DNA of 63,845 nucleotides, counting the filler, from Licmophora abbreviata (lineage: Eukaryota): assembly GCA_900291995.1 (NCBI GenBank). It is 10 parts of 10 records of this genome, joined end to end, with 100 filler letters (N's around TTAATTAATTAA, not from the genome) between each part and the next. Parts side by side here need not be neighbours in the genome. Positions count along the whole stretch, not along the records: positions 3,989 to 26,272 come from OLMU01002616.1; 9 more parts are not named here. One strand, written 5' to 3'. The notes below the pieces were generated by a model. The model ran no database searches. It saw nothing but the letters and a program-made list of their open reading frames with translations, and had not been told where the DNA came from. A program made the translations under genes and the position numbers. How positions within the stretch are numbered: position 1 is the first letter of the stretch; each line of letters starts with the position of its first letter. Below, one piece after another: positions 11,148 through 22,143 of this stretch.

Positions 11148-13333
11148 ATGTGTGGCATCATCGGTCTCCTTCTCGCGAACGAAAATGAATGTGTACGTTC
11201 CAAACTTCCAAATTTGCTTCTTGACTTCGACTGGGCTCAGCCGGCTCTCATACTGCGCCAATGTTCGTCCCTCTCATTCTATCACGCCTCACAGGTGAAT
11301 CAGATGCTATTCGATGGCCTCACGGTACTGCAGCACCGCGGCCAGGACGCCGCCGGCATCGTCACCGCCGAACACCGTCGTTTGCACCTGCGCAAGGACA
11401 ATGGACTTGTCAAGGACGTCTTTCAGCAGCATCACATGGAACAGCTGCGAGGCAACGTGGGACTCGGACACGCCCGTTATCCGACAGCTGGAAGCTCCTC
11501 GTGTGCCGAAGCTCAACCGCTCTACACTAACTATCCCTATGGTGTCAGCGTCGTGCACAATGGCAATCTCACCAATACGGGCGAGCTCATGGAAGTAATT
11601 CAGGACAAAATCGGAGTACGTACACACACAAGTTGTTAGCAAAGGGTGCAAAAAACGTTAAGTCGGTGGACTCATCTTCCGCTGTTCTCCTCTCTCCTTT
11701 TTAGAGACATATTAACACAGATTCAGACTCGGAGCTGCTTCTCAATCTCTTTGCCGACTACCTCATGAAGAGCACAGCTGGCAAGAAGGATGCCAACATG
11801 GTCGAAGCTGTGTTTTCCGCCATGACGTCTGTCATGACACAGTGCAAGGGTGGCTACGCTGGAATGTACTTGATCAATGGTGTGGGGTTGGTGGGTTTCC
11901 GTGACCCGCATGGCATCCGTCCCATGGTGTTTGGAACTCGAAAATCCAAGTCCAATGCCACGGACACGTTTGCTTCAGACGGAACCCCTGAAACTCCTGC
12001 TCGGATGCATGGAAGGGTCTCGGACTACGCCATGGCCAGTGAGTCTGTTGCCATTGATACTCTTGGATTCAGTCTCGTCCGGTAAGAGCGACAGCACCTT
12101 GATGATGCGCGACTTGCTATTGCTGTGTGAGTCCCTCTGACGACCCTCCTCGTCGCTTCATTGTACCCCTAACTCCCTTCAAACAACAGCGACCTTAAGG
12201 CTGGAGAAGCCATCTTTGTCGATATGAATACTGGTAACTGCCATACTCGCATGTGTCATCCCAAACCGCAGCTCTCTCCCTGCATTTTCGAGTATGTATA
12301 CTTTGCAAGGCCCGACTCGATCATGGATGGGGTCAGCGTTTATGAGACGCGCCTAAAGATGGGAGAAAAACTGGCGGAAAAGATCATGACGCGTTATCCT
12401 GATCACGGTATTGACGTCGTTATTCCTATTCCCGACACGTCCCGCACGTCGGCACTTCAGGCGGCCTATCGTCTCGGTCGTCCCTTTCGCGAGGGATTCA
12501 TCAAGAATCGTTACATTGCTCGAACCTTCATCATGCCGGGACAAGAGACGAGGAAGAAGAGTGTTCGCCTCAAGCTCAATACTATCAAGAGCGAGTTTGC
12601 CGGTAAGAATGTGTTGTTGGTGGACGATTCCATTGTTCGAGGAACGACAGCGAATGAAATTGTGCAAATGGCACGTGAAGCTGGAGCTCGAAAAGTGTTC
12701 TTCACGAGTGCGGCTCCTCCGATTCGATACCCGAATATCTACGGCATCGACATTCCGACACAGACGGAGCTTGTGGCATTTGATCGGGACGAAGAGGCTA
12801 TTGCGAAGAAAATTGGAAGCGACTGGGTAGTGTAAGTGAAAGCGGCGATAGTGTTTATATTCGTTGGGATGACTGCGTGTGTATGTGGGTCTCACGAATG
12901 GCTCGGCCCTTCCCCCCTTGCAGGTATCAGGATCTGGAGGATCTTGAGAATGCAGTACGAGAGGTCGCACCTCCGGGACATCCTTTGTCAGGTAAGCAGC
13001 ACTTATGGTCATTCTCACATGAATGTATCCTGCGTTTTCGCTTTCTAACTGCCTTCCGGTACAGAGTTTGATACTAGTTGCTTTAGTGGAAAGTATGTTA
13101 CAGGCGAGAAGATCGGCGATGAGTATTTCCAGAATTTGCATGCTTTGAGAAACGACCAGGCGCAGGAAGAGATGAGGTCCACTCTTGCCGGAAGTAATCA
13201 CGGAAGTGGCAGGAAACGGGCTCGCGCGAGCAACGATGGATGTGAACCAATGTCCAACGATACACGGGTTTCGCTTGTCAAGCACGACTCCTGTGAGGCG
13301 CTTTCCAACAAGTCGATGGCTTCTGTTCGCTAG
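11148..13333 (+). CDS. purF: Amidophosphoribosyltransferase, multi-exon
   Basis: MCGIIG Ntn start; LQHRGQDAAG, GHARYPTAG, HNGNLTN, CIFEYVYFARPDS, LLVDDSIVRGTT, YGIDIP; GT-AG introns, e.g. 11193-11294. Confidence 0.95.
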
Positions 13334-13451
13334 TCGAGGGTCGGGCTCAGGGAGACGTTGTAAAGCTACCATCGGAAAGGGACTGCGCCACCGTAATATT
13401 AGATATTTCGGTGCGATTATAGCTTTGGTAGATCGTCATTAGGACTTCGCG

Positions 13452-15338
13452 TTAGGCGTATTCGGAGTATACTGGCTCCTCGTACGTTTCGTTCGTCCCT
13501 TTGCGCTTCTGGAATATCGAAACTGAATTTTGGTAGTGTTTATGGGGTTCCAGAAGCGAAATCTCCGCGTACTCATCCGGTGGTATTCCTGTTTCATCTT
13601 CTGATTTGCGAGATCGCGCTGCTTCAAGCCACCTTCTTGTCCTTTCGTTTGTCAAGGTCGAATGGCATAGAAGAAAGCCCCCGGGACGAATAGCTCCCCA
13701 TGCTTTGGACACGAACGCCTTCATGCGGGCGCCGACACCGAAATCACACCACAATACATCTATTGACTCTGATTCTAGGTCTAGCTCAAACGCATCTTGC
13801 TCCAGGAACTTCAAGTAGTTTCCCAATCCTAGTTCCTTCGCGATTGCCGCCGCACCAGTGGCAGTCTCTTTCTGATGCAGGCAGTTGTCGATGCACAACA
13901 ATGACGACGACCCTCGACTAAAGCTGTTCACGGCAGACGGTGCCGACCATTGGATGTCGAGAAGACGGCATTTCTTGTCTTGCTGTAGATCAGACACTCT
14001 TTTCATTTCATCTTCGTTGTCTTTGAGAGCTTGCAGTATCCACAAACTAGTGTAACCGGCTCCAATCTCAACAATCTTCCGGCGTTTCGTGAAACGCAAG
14101 AACGTGTACAAGAACGGGCCGAGATTTTCAACTCCCATGTGGGGATTGTACAGGGATGATACATGATGTAGAAAGTTACGACCGTATACCGGTGATTGAG
14201 GCAGAAACGTATCACGCACCAAGTGGTCGTACCGAAAAAGTGCGTCTTCGTGGTCGATGGGGTCGCGCTGTGTAGCGAACAACACATCCGAACGGATGAC
14301 GTACTTTGGGCGTATCCCAGATGATACCGGCGACCCCTCGTGAGCTGGCCAATTGCGCCGTGCAAATTCCACTGCGTCTTCTCCAACTGCTTGAGGGAAG
14401 ACGAGGATCGATCCTGTTCGAGGTCGCACAGAGGCAATCAAGCGTGGGGCCTCGGTCGGGTCAGAACTCGCTACAGGGGGTCGATAGAAATTGGTCTCGC
14501 CTCCCACAAAATCCTCATTGAGGTACATGAGCACAGTCAATCGCGATACAACTTGCTCATCGTCGGAAGAAACATCCCATTCAAGAAACTGTTCGTCTTC
14601 TGAAAGTCCGGACGGGGGGAACCCTGCGTCGATATGTGTTGCGAATGTCTCTTCTCCACCTGGTTCATATCGGTAGACTCGCCATCGGCGATTTAGACCG
14701 GCGTAGACCAGCCGCACATCATGCTCGTCAGCGCTTATCTTCTCCGAGACCATCGCATTAAGAGCTACTTGATGGACATCGACAAAGGGGGCCAGCGCTC
14801 GTCCGACGGCATCGCAAGTGTGTTGCGAGACGAGAATTTGGAGAGCACCGTGGTAATTCTTGCCTGCTCGGTAGGATCCAAATCCCAATTCTTCAAAAGT
14901 ATCAACCAAGTCATCACATACTGTCTTCGACAAGAGATCATCCACAGTAAATGCCGGAGCCTGGCGTATCACGCCATCCAGTCCACGTGCTGCGAGCTGC
15001 CCGATGGTAGACTCGGGCACGATAGCGCTTGTTTCCGAATTGTCGGCAATCGATGCGAATGTCGGTACCGACAAGGAACCGAGAAACGAGTCATCTTGGT
15101 CTTCTCCTGGTATTCGAATACGTCTGAGAGTACCCAGGACCGAGGATTCCAGTGTCGTGTCATCGACCGCGGTTCGGTGACTCAATTCGATTCGCTGATG
15201 ACGAGGTTTCGAAAGGTAGTGATGGTGATGACACCTGACGCCAACATCAACGCACGGAGAGGGAACAAACGCCCTACCAATTCCAAATCTCAACATCACC
15301 CATCCAGTTGTGAGTACAGAGACGATCATTCGAGTCAT
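13452..15338 (-). CDS. Fusion of 2OG-Fe(II) oxygenase and class I SAM methyltransferase, probably plastid-targeted
   Basis: Single 628-aa ORF. Oxygenase: RVYRY, FATHID, LTVLMYLN..FVGGET, PAHEG, KYVIRSD. Methyltransferase: IVEIGAGYTS, DVLWCD, IRPGGFLLCH. N-terminus has GRA-FVP. Confidence 0.82.
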   Translation of the reverse strand: MTRMIVSVLTTGWVMLRFGIGRAFVPSPCVDVGVRCHHHHYLSKPRHQRIELSHRTAVDDTTLESSVLGTLRRIRIPGEDQDDSFLGSLSVPTFASIADNSETSAIVPESTIGQLAARGLDGVIRQAPAFTVDDLLSKTVCDDLVDTFEELGFGSYRAGKNYHGALQILVSQHTCDAVGRALAPFVDVHQVALNAMVSEKISADEHDVRLVYAGLNRRWRVYRYEPGGEETFATHIDAGFPPSGLSEDEQFLEWDVSSDDEQVVSRLTVLMYLNEDFVGGETNFYRPPVASSDPTEAPRLIASVRPRTGSILVFPQAVGEDAVEFARRNWPAHEGSPVSSGIRPKYVIRSDVLFATQRDPIDHEDALFRYDHLVRDTFLPQSPVYGRNFLHHVSSLYNPHMGVENLGPFLYTFLRFTKRRKIVEIGAGYTSLWILQALKDNEDEMKRVSDLQQDKKCRLLDIQWSAPSAVNSFSRGSSSLLCIDNCLHQKETATGAAAIAKELGLGNYLKFLEQDAFELDLESESIDVLWCDFGVGARMKAFVSKAWGAIRPGGFLLCHSTLTNERTRRWLEAARSRKSEDETGIPPDEYAEISLLEPHKHYQNSVSIFQKRKGTNETYEEPVYSEYA

Positions 15339-15747
15339 GCTATTCTGAAAAGGTTACACGAAGAGAGTGGAATGTTGACGGCGACTATGCATGCTGATGG
15401 TGACAAATAAGTTCAAAGTGACGGATGAAAGGAAAACGCATCATCAGCGCGGCGCATTCATCACTCTTCCCCTAGTGGAATCGAGTCACGAGTTTCTTGA
15501 GTCACGACTCGAAAGCACAACCCCACGCTCTGGTCACACTTTTTACATTGATTTGTGTTTTTTCGAGTAAGGAAGAGCGCTGCGAAACGCTTGTGACGCA
15601 CGCAATCTGAAATCGGCGTGCACTGATGGAAAGATTACGCGTGATGAACTTCTCAAAGTGACGCCGGCGACGATGAGCGACGGGGTCAACTAACATCGCG
15701 GCGTCCATTCTGTTCTGCCCGATTATTGACTTCAACCATTATTCGGA

Positions 15748-17464
15748 ATGAGTATGACTCGACGCGTGGGATGCGTAGTTGCCTGTTTGGCGTCAGCTTT
15801 GGCCTTCTCATCCATGGAGTCGCCACACGTTCGAATGCGAAAGTTGATGGTTCCGGATAGTAGCACCCTTTGTCTTGCCGCCACTCGAACGCCCGCCACT
15901 TCGGAGGCGTCAAGAGTCAAGCGGGTGGCCCGTCTCAATGAATGGGGCAGGAAAAGTGAAATCAAGTGAGTAAGAATGCTGAAATCAGACGACAAAGTTT
16001 GGAGCGCTTTCATCTCGACTCATCACACATCTATGTACTCAGACTAGGAGGCGTGCAGATCGAAGCCAGCGAAGCTGGAGCTGGTTTGGGACTGCGCGCT
16101 ACTCAAAGTTTGCCCTCCACTAGTCTGGTCGCAACGGTACCATCCAATGTCGCCCTGTCTGTTGAGTCTCCCGGAGATGGGCCCGATGATGCTAGCGTTG
16201 TGCGCGACATTGTTGAGGATCGTCGGGGCTTCCAGCAGCTGCCTTGGTTTGTCCAGTTTTCGGCATATCTGTACAGACTGGATTGCATTTCGTCAATCCG
16301 TGGTACTTCTTTGGATATGCAGCCTTGGTTGGACTCATTGCCAAGGTCGTTTGATACACCCGTCCACTGGGACAGTGCTGCGCGTGACGAACTACAATAC
16401 CGGCACCTGACTGATGCTGTCACTCGACAGGAGGCTGAGTGGAAACGATTGCACGAGCGACTTCTATCTGCTGGGACCAGTAAGCTTGCAAGTATGAGCT
16501 TTCGTGATTTTCTTTGGGGGTGTGAATGCGCAAGATCACGAGCCTTCTCGGGTGGCTACACTGGATCCGCGTTCAATCCTACTGTCTACGCTTTTACACT
16601 GCTTCTCGTGACGGCGTACGTGGGTTTGAACATTGGAACGATCGAACAGGCCGCCAACGGTGCTGCTCTCGTTGTATGTGCATCTATCTTCAAAGATTTC
16701 GTTATTCCGAAGGTGTTCAGGACCCGTCGCTATGTAATATGTCCCATTATTGACATGGCCAACCACAAAAGTGTGGGAACCACAGGAGATGTGTCGTTTG
16801 AGTTCTTTGGGAATGCGTACAGCTTAGCCATTGCCAATGAACAGAATGTCGCGAAAGGCTCTGAAGTATATATCTCCTATGGAGCTCGATCGAATGACCA
16901 GCTTTTGCAGTTCTACGGCTTCGTTGAGACGGATAATCCCAACGATGTCTACGTCATGCCTCCGCTTCGAGAGTGGGATATTGCCGCTTTAGAGAAGGCG
17001 TGCGGCAGAACCTTCGAGTCTGGGCGCCTCGAAAACTTGATCGAGCTGGGCTGTTAGGGTCCGCTGCGAAGCTTGAGACCACCGAGGATGAGGGTAATGA
17101 CGGAGCTGCAAACCCTTTGGGTGGCGTGGTGATTACGAGAGTGGGAGGTGTCGATCCAGCAGTAATGCAGGCACTCCGAGCCCTAGTTTCAAGCGAGAAA
17201 GAGTGGCGTGCAGCAGGGGAAGCCATCGGAAACTTTGCATCAGAAAATTCTGGTGGACCCGAGAACGAACGGCTTGTGAGGATTGCAGCACAAACGGCAA
17301 TTCGTTTGGAGCTCGAAGCGAAATCAACGACAATCGTAGATGATGAACAGCTTCTCAAGCGACTTCGGAGTTCCAAGGTTGACAGCGCAAGTGATCTTTT
17401 GGCAGTGGCATTTCGTATTGAGAAGAAGAAGCTCCTGGCCGAAACGATTGCGAAGCTATGTTGA
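15748..17464 (+). CDS. Plastid-targeted SET-domain (Rubisco LSMT-like) lysine methyltransferase
   Basis: Signal ending ALA-FSS; intron 15966-16042; GLGLRAT, SRAF, PIIDMANH, ISYGARSNDQLLQFYGF; apparent 1-nt frameshift near 17033. Confidence 0.85.
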
Positions 17465-17481
17465 AGCAGAGTAAACTGAGT

Positions 17482-19434
17482 TTATATCATTACGTCATTC
17501 AACTTTTGTACGACATCGGCAATATTGTTTGCTGTCGTAATAGCGCCAATCAACGCAACGCAATCGGCTCCCGCATGTCTGTTCTGAAGCGCTGTCTGTT
17601 CGTCGCCGATGCCACCGATCGTAACAAATGGGATTTGAGGTGGGATCAGACGCCTCCATCGTGAAACAATCGACAGACCTTGCGGATCAAAGGAAACGCG
17701 TTTGCTGGCAGTGCCAAAGACAGGACCGAGACTTATGTATGACGGCTTCACGGCCAAAGCCGCTGACAACTCTCCGTAGGAATGAGTCGAGATACCCAAC
17801 GCAACATTGGCGTTCCTCAGTTTCTGCAAGCCTCCGGCATCGATGCATTTCGCGAGATCTTCTTGGCCAACGTGGACGCCAAAGCATCCTGCATCAATAG
17901 CGGCTTTCCAGTGATCGTTGATCCAAAGCCTAACATTGGCACGTCTGCACATTGCTTCACAGCGTTCCACTCGTGACTGGATTGCAGCTGCATCTGCCGT
18001 GTCCTTGAAGCGAAGTTGAATGTCCGTCAAACCCGGAATGCTTACAAGTCGTTCAATCCACTCTTCAGAATCAACAATAGGAAGGATCCGGCCAAGTACT
18101 GGCGTCTCGTCGACCACATCAGATGAGTGTCCAAGAGAGTATGGTAAGAGGGGCCGGAAGGCTGGGCGAGATACCTCATCTGGGTGAATCGCAATGGTAG
18201 GATAGTGTCGGTACGACGAAGGAAACTCCGTTTGAGCGACAGGCCCAGGGCCTTGTCCCAGAGCGATCCCTCTCCCAATACCAACCGACACGTAGGCTTT
18301 GGCCAAACAACACGCATCTACGACTGTCATTGCGCTGGTGGCGCCCTCAAAGTCTCCGACGCCGTCGGAGGCCACGATTTGTCGTCGTTGGTGGCCCAAC
18401 GCCAAAGCCGACGCAATTACAGACGATAGGGTACATCCCGTTCCGTGAGTATGAATCGAGTCGTAGCTGATGATTGGGAGTAAAAGATGTGCACGATGTG
18501 CATGATATGATACAGTAGACGCCGTCAGTACACCAACATAACAAGCTCGACACTGCACACGCGACAATCAATCGTACCGTTCGCTTCGCAGCCAGACTCC
18601 GCGAGCTCCGTCGCAAAGCCGCTCCTCTCCCTCCAAGGGAACTGATGATAGGAAATAGTCTTGAGCATATCCAACCGTCGCATTCACGTCTGGCCCAGAA
18701 GCCGCCGTTAATTCATCCGTTAGTGTATGTCCACCCTTGATGAGCACCGACCTGACACCTTGTGCCAGCAAGTCTCTAGCGCCCTGCTCTACATCCTGAT
18801 AAGTCAATAGCTTTCGTCCAAGAAGCGCCTCAGCTTCGTATTTGTTGGGCGTCAAGACATCGGCACACGGAAACACGTGATCTATCATGGCTTGCTGTGC
18901 ATCGTCGTCTATGAGTTTGTGGCCAGAAGTCGAAATCATGACTGGATCGAGCACTACCCAGGGCTTTTCCGATCTACGACGAGTAGTTGTATTTCCGATA
19001 GAGGATTCTGTCAGATTCCTCAAGAAGTCTCCCACAGTTTCTGCCAGCTCTCGGGTTCCCAACATGCCAATCTTGATGGCTCGCGCGGGCAAATCCTGAG
19101 CCAGAGAGTCGAGCTGGGCGCGCAGGAATGATGCGGGTGGCGCAAACACGTCACTGACGCCACATGAGTTCTGTGCAGTCAAGCACGTGATAGCGGAACA
19201 TCCATGACACCCCATTGCCTGTATGGCATGTAAGTCTGCTTGAATACCAGCTCCTCCTCCAGAGTCAGAACCGGCAATGGTATATACAATGGGTGGTGGG
19301 TGAATCATCAGTGTCGTCGTCGTCGATTTAGCCGTCGATGTGGAAACATGACGAGAAGAAGCGGCCGCAGAGGAGGACGACGGCATGATGGCTAGGATAA
19401 TGCTTCCAATACAAGTCAACCGTACGCGTCGCAT
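17482..19434 (-). CDS. TH1: Bifunctional hydroxymethylpyrimidine(-phosphate) kinase / thiamine-phosphate synthase (ThiD-ThiE)
   Basis: TIAGSDSGGGAGIQAD, VLDPVM, LTPNKYEA, HTHGTGCTLSS, then IQLRFKD, WINDHW, GVHVGQED, GISTH; intron 18467-18577; start codon uncertain. Confidence 0.92.
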
Positions 19435-19785
19435 CAGAAATCTAATTGTTGATGGTTCAGTCAGAGTCGCCGTACACAGTGAAGATGGCGAGGCACTTCG
19501 CTGATGCATGTCGACTGTGCATCATGATGTGCCGCCGCCGTCATCAGCAGAAAAGCAAAACTGAAAATTGAAGTTATCTTTTTTTGCACGCGATCTTTTC
19601 TGTTGTGTCTGGCTGTCGCACCATGCACAACAACAATATGATACTCGTGAAATGGAGAGAGCGCGCCAAAACCTCGAAACAGAAACCTCGTTTCGAACGC
19701 CAACAAGAAATGGAGAGCGCGCCAAAACATCATCGTTTCGAAGACTTTTCGTCATTGACGCTCGAGAACACTCACACAGAGTATC

Positions 19786-19802
19786 ACACACACACACACA
19801 CA
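19786..19802. repeat. (CA)n microsatellite
   Basis: About 8 CA units in the spacer between TH1 and the DJ-1-like gene. Confidence 0.65.
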
Positions 19803-19862
19803 GAGTCACATGACGGGGGCCAGAGTCGACGAAGCACTTCATTTCCTTGCTCGACCACCGCC

Positions 19863-21450
19863 ATGGCGCTAGAACCGGAAAGTATCGGGGGTGTCGCTCG
19901 TGCGACCCCCATCAACACAACACTCGAAGCATCAGGCGGTGAAAACGCGGACGCGGAGATTGCCCGGAGCACCGACAACGAAGCAACTGTAAATTCAGCG
20001 AAGATCGCGAAGATGGGAGAGTGTTCTGATCGCATTGGTGATCTTTTGACTGGTGACGACGAACCTGTACCAGATCCAGCAGGTGGCGTCTGCTGCTCTG
20101 CTCCTTCTCCTGCTACAGATCAAGCCCCGATCACCAAGAAGATGGATACCGGCTCTGCTTCGTTCAGCGGCACGGACAAGCATCCCGAAGTGCATGCACC
20201 ATTATTAGCAGCTGGCAGCAGTGGACATTCAAGCAGCATGACATCGACGACAGCAGCCAAAACTGCTACTGCGGCTGCTCCCTCCTCGTCAAATTTCCCC
20301 GCTAGCCCTTCTTTGAAGCACATCTTGGTGCCTCTGGCGAACGGAACGGATGCGGCGCAGCTGTCCATCATCACATCGACGCTCTGTAAATTTGGAGATC
20401 AAGCTGCTCATGTGGTGGTAGCATCCATCGACGGCGACGACAATCGCATGTGCACCACTGGAGGAAACCTACGGGTAAGTTGTGGAGGGCGCCAGAATTG
20501 ATGTTTGTCATTGTGAAGAAGCAAGCTTATATCTTCTCTTTCCGTCTTCTTCTTCTTTCCTGCCGTTAAATACACTTCTTCTTCATACGATCGATCGAAA
20601 ATAGATCCAAGCAGAGCACACGTTCGATAGCATCAAAGATCAATACGACTGGGACGTGATTGTCTTTGCAGGCGGCATGGGTGGGGCGAAAGCTTTTGCG
20701 GGCTGCCAGCCACTCATGGACACGTTCCGAAACCACGTGGTAGCTGGAAAGATGTATGCTGCGACGGGTGAATCACCAGCCTTTGTATTGACTCAAGTTC
20801 CAGGGGCGCTTCCTACAGATGACCTCACTTGCACTCCCAACAACGAGTGCTACGACCTCTTGGGCGAGGCTTGGGTCGACTTTGACGTCACCGTCAGTCC
20901 GGATAACCGCGTCGTCACTTCTCAAGGGACTGGACCGGCCTTTCTCTTTGCCATTCAAGTGGGAGAACTCTTGTTTGGCAGGACTGCTGCGAAGAAAGTG
21001 GCCAACACTTTGCTTGTGGATCGAACCTTGTCGCGCGGGGCACGATATCTACCACGTCGTCATGATCTTGAACGCTTTGCTGTCAAAGTCAAGGAAGCCG
21101 AAGCCAAGGCGGACGAGGCAAAGAGGGCCGAAGAGGCAAACCAGGAAGCGGAGCGACAAGCGCAGCAAAAACAAGAACAGCGTCGTCGAAACAGGGCTAT
21201 TGCAGAGAAAAATAGAGCCTATTGTGAATCTCAATTGTCAGGGCCTGCGAAGGAAGAGTTAGATCGACTCGCCGCATGGAGTACCCCAGCCGCAAGAGAA
21301 GCCAGGGACCGAGCGTATGCAGCTCGGTTGGGACGACCGGGGACATCGAATGTTGTAAGCGTACCGCGCGGCTCTATCGAGCCAACACGAGAGCGTGCGT
21401 CGCGTCCCACGAAAAAGCGCAAGGCGTCGACTGGCAGAGACTCCGAATAG
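19863..21450 (+). CDS. DJ-1/PfpI (YajL-like) domain protein with disordered N-terminus and coiled-coil/basic C-terminus
   Basis: HILVPLANGT, intron 20475-20604, WDVIVFAGGMGGA, VVTSQGTGPAFLFA; catalytic residues substituted. Confidence 0.75.
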
Positions 21451-22143
21451 GAGGCAGTTGAGGTAGAAACGTCGGCGCACCCAAGAGAGATGAAGAGACC
21501 GCTTCCAGAGCCTTACGCTCTTCAACTGACAAGGCAAATGCCGAGCCGGAAGATGCAAGGGAGAGGGGACCCAGTCATCCAACACATCGATCGAAGCGGT
21601 CCAAAGCTCAACGACGAGAGAAAGTGTATTGTCTTCATAGTAGTTTCTTTATTCATACGATAAGACGACTGTGTAACGCCAACCTGTAATTTAGTGATTT
21701 AATGGCCTTAAGCTTTGTACTACGTACTTTAGCTTTGCTTGCGGTTTTTTCCTGCTAGATACCGTGCCCAATATGATTCAAAGGGCTTGGCCAGATCGCC
21801 TCTGGATCGATGGATCGCAACAACATGTACTTGAAGTTATACGCATCTTGATATTCCCGCATAGTACTCTAGGAGACAGGAGAGTGTCGTGGCAGGGCGC
21901 AAAGTTGAAAGTAAGAGGGGTACTCGCTAGCCAAGTGGATCGCGTTTCGACCAAACTCATCTAGATGAGCGCTGTGATGTCATGCCGACGTTTTCCAAAT
22001 ATTTGTGTCTCCTTCGACTCGATCCACTCGTATTCAGTATTCATCATTTTTCATTTTTTACCATTCTGAATTCCCTATTCCGCCATATCCTACTTGCTAC
22101 TCCGAGTACTTGCCTTTAGGTATCCATCATGACCATCAACATC

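Noticed and set aside
12353..13372. Long antisense ORFs (339 aa here; also 14721-15410, 30488-31174, 57828-58655)
   Set aside because: Shadow frames opposite well-supported genes, with no motifs
17028..17045. Frameshift in the SET gene (pseudogene or programmed frameshift?)
   Set aside because: Adding one A to the A-run restores RLEKLDRAGLLG; typical homopolymer error, which raw reads would confirm
17482..21450. ThiDE head-to-head with a 'ThiJ'-family gene as a thiamine cluster; also looked for a TPP riboswitch
   Set aside because: The ThiJ name is a historical misannotation of DJ-1/YajL; no TPP aptamer core was recognised by eye
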